Positions 25,550 through 31,258 of a stretch of 31,258 nucleotides of DNA are shown here, piece by piece (position 1 is the first letter of the stretch; each line of letters starts with the position of its first letter). The notes beneath the pieces were generated by a model. It saw only the letters and a program-made list of their open reading frames with translations. It did no database searches and had not been told where the DNA came from. The DNA is from a virus. Its lineage: Duplodnaviria; Caudoviricetes. Made by a program: the position numbers and the translations under genes. Location of the stretch: positions 1-31,258 of IMG/VR virus record IMGVR_UViG_3300017821_000121. The stretch is one strand, 5' to 3'.

Positions 25550-26431
25550 ATGACGCTGGCGCCACAACTCGGAATCGATCCGTACTCTCGGGCGCGGATC
25601 CTGCTGGCCACCCGGCCATCGCCGTACGTGCGCGCGCAGCACGCGCCGGTGCGCCAGCAGCGCCGACGTCGCCGCCTGAGCCTCGGCGCGCTCACGCCGC
25701 AGCAAGCGGTGGAGTCCGTGTTCCCGCAAGCCAGCGTCACCAGCACCGCCGGACACACGCAAGCCGTGTGGGATGGCTACGTGCGCGACGTCCAGGCCGG
25801 ACAGATGGTGGACGCCAGCGGCCAGCCAGCCTATTTGCCGGGCACGCAGGATTGCTCCGCCACGGGAGTGAGCACCAGCGTGAGACTGGCGCAAACGGCC
25901 AGCGGCATGGCGCTCACCGGCACAGCGATCGGCTTGACCGCGGCGGGCGTGGCTACTGCTGCGGCGCTCGCGCCGTGGACGATGGGCATCTCCGTGATCA
26001 TCGGGCTTTTCCCGCTGATCTTTGGGCATCACGCTGCAGCGGTGAAGAAAGAACAAAGCGTGCTCTGCGCCGCGGTGCCGGCCGCGAACGATTACCTGCA
26101 GATTATCGACCAGGCCGTGCAGTCCGGCCAGGCGACGCCGCAGCAGGGCCAGCAAGCATTGCAATCGCTGGTGTCCGATTTCACCAACCAGGTGGCTTCC
26201 ATCGTCAAGGGCTCCGGTCCTGGGAATTCCGGCGACTGCAACGCTGCGTGCGTGATGATCGCCGCCCTGAAGTCCATCGCGGCCTACAAGAGCAGCGTGT
26301 ACCAGGACATGATTGCGTCGGCCTCGACGTCCACCAGCGCATCCGCCTTGCCGTCGTTCGGAATCACGGGATCTTCTTCCTGGCTGCCGTGGGCGGTCGG
26401 AGCTTTTATTTTGTACGAGGTGTTTTCGTGA
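25550..26431 (+). CDS. Tail-anchored protein with internal hydrophobic hairpin (putative genome-delivery protein)
   Basis: Arg-rich leader ending LSLGA; Gly/Ala-rich hydrophobic stretch; 4 Cys; C-terminal TM. Confidence 0.75.
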   Translation: MTLAPQLGIDPYSRARILLATRPSPYVRAQHAPVRQQRRRRRLSLGALTPQQAVESVFPQASVTSTAGHTQAVWDGYVRDVQAGQMVDASGQPAYLPGTQDCSATGVSTSVRLAQTASGMALTGTAIGLTAAGVATAAALAPWTMGISVIIGLFPLIFGHHAAAVKKEQSVLCAAVPAANDYLQIIDQAVQSGQATPQQGQQALQSLVSDFTNQVASIVKGSGPGNSGDCNAACVMIAALKSIAAYKSSVYQDMIASASTSTSASALPSFGITGSSSWLPWAVGAFILYEVFS

Positions 26432-26616
26432 CTGGGACGGTGATCAGCAACGATGGCGACATTGCCATCGTTCTCCTGGAGAACGGCGACCGCGTGCGAT
26501 TCGAGCGCGGCTGGACGTTGAAATCCAAGACTCCGGCCCAGTTCGCAAAAGATCTTCCAGTAGGACCGCTCTCAAAAGAGATTTCTATCGAGCGCCTACC
26601 GGATCGGGACAACTAA
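26428..26616 (+). CDS. Hypothetical protein
   Basis: GAGGTG RBS; GTGA overlap. Confidence 0.55.
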   Translation: MTGTVISNDGDIAIVLLENGDRVRFERGWTLKSKTPAQFAKDLPVGPLSKEISIERLPDRDN

Positions 26617-26642
26617 ATGCGCAAAAAAGGAGAAAGAGAGCA

Positions 26643-27275
26643 ATGCCACCAACGTTAACAGGAACGCCCGCGGACCTGATCACTTACCAGCGCGAGCTGG
26701 TACGCACGCATCAGTTCGAGCCGCTGGGCCGCATCAACAAGATCGCCATCGCGCCTTCGGACCAATGGGCGCCGATCGACGATCCCATCATCCGCAAATG
26801 GGGCCGCCTGATGGAATTTCGCTCGCAGTGGTTGCCGCTGGCGCAATCCGCGGATCGCACCATGCTGCTGATTCCCGCGCCGATGATGGACAAAAGCGGC
26901 CGCATCGGCCTGCCCGATCTGCCGGATCCCACGTGGCGGCCGGATCCCTGGACGCCCGAAGAATCGCAGGGACTGAAAGAGCGCCCGTTCGAAAAAGATT
27001 TAGCGCGGATGATTCCGCAGCGCCTCGAAGATCGCGCGGAGCGGCCCAACGGCAGGCTGGGCAAACTCGAAGGCACGAATTTTTTGGTATTTCAGCCGGT
27101 GATCAACATCGTGTTCCAGGCGGAAAAAGACCGCCAGCTCGTCGCGCAGATGTGGACCATCCAGGCGCAGTACGATCCCGGCACGCGCACGCACATGGCG
27201 CTGCTGGTGGATCCGCGCACCGGCGAATCGCTTTTCTTCGGGGGCCGCTACGACATCGCGGCCAACGAAGGATGA
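26643..27275 (+). CDS. Hypothetical protein
   Basis: AAGGAG upstream of ATG 26643. Confidence 0.75.
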   Translation: MPPTLTGTPADLITYQRELVRTHQFEPLGRINKIAIAPSDQWAPIDDPIIRKWGRLMEFRSQWLPLAQSADRTMLLIPAPMMDKSGRIGLPDLPDPTWRPDPWTPEESQGLKERPFEKDLARMIPQRLEDRAERPNGRLGKLEGTNFLVFQPVINIVFQAEKDRQLVAQMWTIQAQYDPGTRTHMALLVDPRTGESLFFGGRYDIAANEG

Positions 27276-27338
27276 AAAACAGAGTGCGAGCCTAGAGGGT
27301 GCGTGGGCTAAGTCCTCCGCTCTGAGAAAGCAGGAAAC

Positions 27339-28166
27339 ATGCCAACCGTGAGGCTGGTAAATCCAACTCGCCGGCGCCGCTCGCGCGCCGGCCGCAAGCG
27401 GCGTCAGCCCGCGGCCCTCCGGAAGTATTGGGCCAAGGCGCGGCGTGCAATGCGCTCGAATGCGAGCGGAGGACACATGGCAAAGAAACGTCGTAGCCGC
27501 CGCAGTGGTTCGCACCATCGCCGTCGCCGTTCCCACGCGATTGTGCATCACCGCCGGCGTCACAACCCCGCACGGTACTTGAATGTGCGCCATCGTCGGC
27601 GCGCAAACCTGAGCTTCGCGGGATTTAATACCACCGATCTGCTGTATCTCGGCGGCGGCGCGCTGGCCAACGGCGTGCTCGCCCGCGCGGTGCCGCAGAT
27701 GCTTTTGCCGCAGTACAACACCGGCTTCGCGGGTTATGGCCTGAACGCGGTAGCCGGCGGCATCGGCGCGTGGCTGATTTCCAAATTCAACAAGCGCGCG
27801 GGGCAAGGCGCCTGGATCGGCCTGATCGTCGCGCTCGGCCAACGTGTCATCGCCGATAAGTTCGGCGCGGGCACCGCGGGCGCCACCGGCGGCATGTCCG
27901 GGGATCTGGATTTCGACTTGGGTTATTACCTGAGCGATCCGTTCCCGTACGCCCAGGGCGCCAGCGCCGGTCCGTACGCGGCCTTCCCCGGCAATCCGTA
28001 TGCTCCGATGCTGCCCACGGCCAACGCAGCCGCTCCCGCACGCGCGCGGCAAACCGCAGCGCTTGTGGCCGCGGCCGCACCCGCAGCCCCTTCGGGCGGC
28101 GGTTCCAGCTCCGTGGCGATGCCCGGCGCGCAGACGCAGGCTTACCAGGCGGGGGCCTGGGGTTAG
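27339..28166 (+). CDS. Protamine-like Arg/His-rich N-terminus + Gly-rich hydrophobic helices (putative DNA-membrane linker)
   Basis: Very basic first ~90 aa with NP motifs; three hydrophobic segments; sits directly before the capsid gene. Confidence 0.75.
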   Translation: MPTVRLVNPTRRRRSRAGRKRRQPAALRKYWAKARRAMRSNASGGHMAKKRRSRRSGSHHRRRRSHAIVHHRRRHNPARYLNVRHRRRANLSFAGFNTTDLLYLGGGALANGVLARAVPQMLLPQYNTGFAGYGLNAVAGGIGAWLISKFNKRAGQGAWIGLIVALGQRVIADKFGAGTAGATGGMSGDLDFDLGYYLSDPFPYAQGASAGPYAAFPGNPYAPMLPTANAAAPARARQTAALVAAAAPAAPSGGGSSSVAMPGAQTQAYQAGAWG

Positions 28167-28293
28167 AGAACTGAGCGGTGCAACGGGCTGAGGCGAAAAA
28201 CCTCAGCCCATCCCAATGCGTGGGGCCCCAAGTCTTCGGAAAGAAGAGCTTGGGGGTGGAGAAGTAAAAATTTTCGAAGGAGAAGCTAACGAA

Positions 28294-29058
28294 ATGGAAA
28301 ACCGCACTCGCGCATTTCTCAGCCGTATGTGGCGCAAAGGCGGCGGCGTTTCCGAGCACACGCATGGCGTGGAGAAAATCCAGCTCAGCGAACTCGGCCG
28401 GCCGCACGCGCGCCTCGGCAATCCCAACACCGGCGTCCCTGAAGTGCTTGTCCAGGATGTGTACGACATTTTCTTCGCCGCCGCCGGTAGCGCCTTAACG
28501 AAGTTGACGCTGTTCACCCAGCCGCTCGGCTCGATCTACAACTTCATGGGCGTCACCGCCTTCGCCAAGGGCCTGAACCACACGCTGCTGACGCAGCCCG
28601 GCATGCTGGACTCTTCGTTCAGCTACGTGGTGCGCGCCGTCTCCGTGTACGTGCAGGCGCTGCAGGGCTCCACGCACCCCAACCTGCATCCGGAAGATCT
28701 GAACAATTTCCTCAGCACCTATGCGGAGTTGCAGATCAACCGCAAGCCCTGGCTGCAGGGCAACCTCGGCTGGTATCCCGGCGCAGGCGGCCCGGTGTTC
28801 AGCGGCTTCGGCTCGCTGACCGCGCCGGTTTCGGCGTTTTCCAGTTCCAACGGTGTGGCGTACCGCAATAACGCGTACGCGCTGCCCGGCGGGATCTTCA
28901 TCAACCCGCAGGAAAACTTCAACGTGGTCATCGACCCCACGCAAAACGCTGGCGGCGCGCCATCCATGCTCGCCGCGGCCGGCAACCCCACGGGCGTTGG
29001 GGCATCCGGGCTTTCCGCCTGGTGGCGTTTCATGGGGCAGCTCGTCAGAGTCGCTTAG
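28294..29058 (+). CDS. Probable major capsid protein, single jelly-roll type
   Basis: AAGGAG RBS; beta-strand pattern (VYD, LTLFTQP, YVVRAVSVYV, IFINPQENFNVVI, terminal WRFMG..R); flanking stem-loops; fold inferred by eye. Confidence 0.6.
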   Translation: MENRTRAFLSRMWRKGGGVSEHTHGVEKIQLSELGRPHARLGNPNTGVPEVLVQDVYDIFFAAAGSALTKLTLFTQPLGSIYNFMGVTAFAKGLNHTLLTQPGMLDSSFSYVVRAVSVYVQALQGSTHPNLHPEDLNNFLSTYAELQINRKPWLQGNLGWYPGAGGPVFSGFGSLTAPVSAFSSSNGVAYRNNAYALPGGIFINPQENFNVVIDPTQNAGGAPSMLAAAGNPTGVGASGLSAWWRFMGQLVRVA

Positions 29059-29264
29059 TTTGCGCGATCGCAGTCTGATCGCCATGCTCACCTTTCGGTG
29101 AGTCCAGAGGGACGAGGCGGCGGAAGAGCTGCTGGCGCAACCGGCATGGGAAGCTGCCGTCTCGTCTCACAAAAAATCTCCGCACACTGCGCGGCCCCAA
29201 ACCGGTTGGGGTGACGATCCGGCGAGAGAAAAGCGCTCCGCGAAGGAGCGCGGGAGAAAAAAAG

Positions 29265-29729
29265 ATGGCTTTGCAAACGTGCCCCACCTGCAGCGGCGCC
29301 GGCGCCGTGCAAAACGTCAAAACCGGCCAGGGCCAGCAGTGTCCCGCGTGCTCCGGCAACGGCGTGGTTTCCGGCGGCTTCGACGATCAAGATTTCTGGT
29401 ATCCCATCAACCCCGTGCAGCTCACCGCCAACCAGGTTGGCGTGATCGCCACGGTGACGATCGACAACGATGCGGATTTCCTCTGCGACCGTTTCATCTC
29501 CAGCTCCACGGGACTCTACAGCATCGATCTCTACGACAAGTTCCGCTCACGGCACTTCAGCCCGAGCCCGATCAATAGCGAAAATTTCGCCGGCACCGCG
29601 CAGCTTCCGCTGTGGCTGCCCAATCCCTTCATCATCCGCAAAAACGCGGTGGTCCAGGGCACGTTCAACGATCGCTCTGCCGCAAACAACACGATCCAGT
29701 TCGCGCTGGTCGGCCGGAAACTGCTGTAG
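29265..29729 (+). CDS. Probable single jelly-roll capsid/penton protein with N-terminal CxxCxGxG zinc finger
   Basis: CPTCSGAG...CPACSGNG; beta-rich domain paralogous to 29758. Confidence 0.6.
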   Translation: MALQTCPTCSGAGAVQNVKTGQGQQCPACSGNGVVSGGFDDQDFWYPINPVQLTANQVGVIATVTIDNDADFLCDRFISSSTGLYSIDLYDKFRSRHFSPSPINSENFAGTAQLPLWLPNPFIIRKNAVVQGTFNDRSAANNTIQFALVGRKLL

Positions 29730-29757
29730 CGCGCGCGTCTCGCGTTTGGAGAAAATT

Positions 29758-30330
29758 ATGTCCACCAGAGGCGCACCGATTTTCAGCACGCAGTTTGCTC
29801 ACCGGCGGAAGAACATCATCCGCCTGCCCGAACCGAAGAGCGTGGCGATTATCCGGCAGATGCTGCAGGATCCCTTCCCGTTCTTCATCAACATTTTCGA
29901 CACCGCGGAACAGTTCGCGGAAATCGGCGCGGCCAGCGGCATTTTCAGCGCCAGCGGGATCGCCGCGCTGGCCTCCGCCGAGCAGCGCGCCAACGTCCCG
30001 GAAGATTTCTGGCTGGTGGCGCTGATTGCTTCTTCTGTTGTCGTTGGCGGCGGGGGCGGCGGTCCGGATCCTCCCAACTTCGCGTTTCAGCTTTATCACA
30101 CGCGCAACGTCGGCGAATCCGATGAGCAGGGCTTCATTCATCAGCAGAGCCCGATCCTCGGCGAAAACATGTGCGGCACCGCGCAAAACCCGCTGTTCTT
30201 GATGGAGCCGAAATTCTTGCCGCGCAACACGGAGATTTCCTGCAGCGTGCAGAACCTGCAGAACGCCGACAACGCGATCCAGATCTGCCTGATGGGCTAC
30301 TTGGGCGAGCCCGCGGGAGGACTCACATGA
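29758..30330 (+). CDS. Probable single jelly-roll minor capsid protein
   Basis: SPILGENMCGTAQNPLFL.EP...N.IQICLMG aligns with SPINSENFAGTAQLPLWLPNP...NTIQFALVG of 29265. Confidence 0.6.
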   Translation: MSTRGAPIFSTQFAHRRKNIIRLPEPKSVAIIRQMLQDPFPFFINIFDTAEQFAEIGAASGIFSASGIAALASAEQRANVPEDFWLVALIASSVVVGGGGGGPDPPNFAFQLYHTRNVGESDEQGFIHQQSPILGENMCGTAQNPLFLMEPKFLPRNTEISCSVQNLQNADNAIQICLMGYLGEPAGGLT

Positions 30331-31037
30331 GCCGGAAACGCTTCCAGGAAGAATGCCGCCAGTGGATCGAAAAGGATCCGTTCTTCGGCGCGCTTGAACG
30401 CGCCAATATCTTGCCTCCCCGTCCGGCCATGGGCGGAGGAGGCACGGGAACGGGCGGCGGCAGCGGCGGCGGAGGAGGAACGGCCGGCGGCGGATCTGTG
30501 CCCACCGCGGCAACGGCTGCGCCGGAAGCCACCGGCGCCGGCACCGCGGGCATCGGCAATCTTCTGCCGTGGCTCTATCCCACCGCGGATTTCAAAAACG
30601 TGGACAAGTTCGGCGCGGTGGCGTTGCCGGCGATCGGCGCCTGGGCAGACATCCTGGTGTACAGCGTCGAGCAGGGCCGCTGCCAAAAAATCACGCAGCT
30701 CGGCATCGACTTTGTGCAGAACGGCGGCACAGCCTACGTTCAGGGCACGGTGCCTCCACAACTCCGGTTCTTCATCGGCGTGAATGGCAGCCCCGCGATC
30801 GCGGGCCGGCCGGGCCGTCCCTTCGCGGACTATTCCGGGCCAAACTTCGCGTTTCTTCCCGGCGCGGTCAGCGCGCCCACGCCGGTCAACGGGCTGATGC
30901 TGCGCGAGCGCGACGAGCTGCACATCGCGGTTTTCAACGTTTCAGTCGTGGTGACCGGGAAAGAAAGCCTTGCGGCGCGCGCACTGGCTTACAGCTTCTC
31001 CAAGAAATACTGGTCCAAGCTGATGGGCACGCAGTAA
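30327..31037 (+). CDS. Probable jelly-roll vertex protein with poly-Gly linker
   Basis: GGAGG RBS; Gly-rich run at 30432-30495 then a beta-rich domain. Confidence 0.55.
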   Translation: MSRKRFQEECRQWIEKDPFFGALERANILPPRPAMGGGGTGTGGGSGGGGGTAGGGSVPTAATAAPEATGAGTAGIGNLLPWLYPTADFKNVDKFGAVALPAIGAWADILVYSVEQGRCQKITQLGIDFVQNGGTAYVQGTVPPQLRFFIGVNGSPAIAGRPGRPFADYSGPNFAFLPGAVSAPTPVNGLMLRERDELHIAVFNVSVVVTGKESLAARALAYSFSKKYWSKLMGTQ

Positions 31038-31053
31038 CCCCGTGGGAGGAGCC

Positions 31054-31258
31054 ATGGAAATTCGAAACTGGAAATTGGTGGCGGCGCTCTCCCTGTTTTC
31101 GATTTTCTATTTTCCAATTTCCACGAGCGCGCAGATTACCACCGTCACCGGCCAAGTGCTCGACGTGAACGGCATTCCGTACGCCGGCGCGCAGCTCAAG
31201 GCGCAGCTCGTCACCACCGCGGGATCGCCGGTCACCGGCCAACCCACCATCACCAACA
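31054..31258 (+). CDS. Spike/receptor-binding protein 1, 5' part (truncated by contig end)
   Basis: GGAGG RBS; MEIRNWKLVAALSLFSIFYFPISTSA|QITTVTGQVLDVNG... Confidence 0.85.
   Translation, partial: MEIRNWKLVAALSLFSIFYFPISTSAQITTVTGQVLDVNGIPYAGAQLKAQLVTTAGSPVTGQPTITN
31128..31258 (+). repeat. Near-identical direct repeat of 1009-1139
   Basis: Direct alignment at offset 30119. Confidence 0.9.

Larger units (their letters stand above)
1..31258. mobile_element. Near-complete genome of a tailless, probably membrane-containing icosahedral dsDNA bacteriophage (likely circular)
   Basis: Phage-type gene density and overlaps; lysis, replication and virion modules; the terminal gene fragments join in frame; no host housekeeping genes and no Caudoviricetes head/tail genes recognised. 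Confidence 0.85.

Overview
This window is an almost complete, probably circular, ~31.4 kb genome of a tailless bacterial virus. The last gene (31054-end) continues in frame into the first ORF across a gap of about 136 bp, inferred from a paralogous gene. I see no terminase, portal, tail, integrase or packaging ATPase. Layout: (1) a + strand virion module (19954 through the end, wrapping to ~5224) with a transglutaminase-like Cys protease, several C-terminally anchored proteins sharing an [LM]xG[LM]G(Q) motif, Arg-rich proteins with repeated Asn-Pro motifs, four probable single-jelly-roll capsid proteins and three signal-peptide-bearing spike/adhesin-like proteins; (2) a lysis/membrane module (~5228-9120); (3) a - strand early module with ASCH, DUF5131, a tRNA-Gly(TCC)-like element inside a CDS, an RHH repressor, a TGTCTCA iteron region and a DnaB-N/RecA-type helicase. 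The most interesting candidate system is the protease plus its shared LxGLG motif in an ATPase-less, portoglobovirus-like bacterial virus. Fold assignments and the host guess (Acidobacteriota-like) are inferences by eye, not search results.
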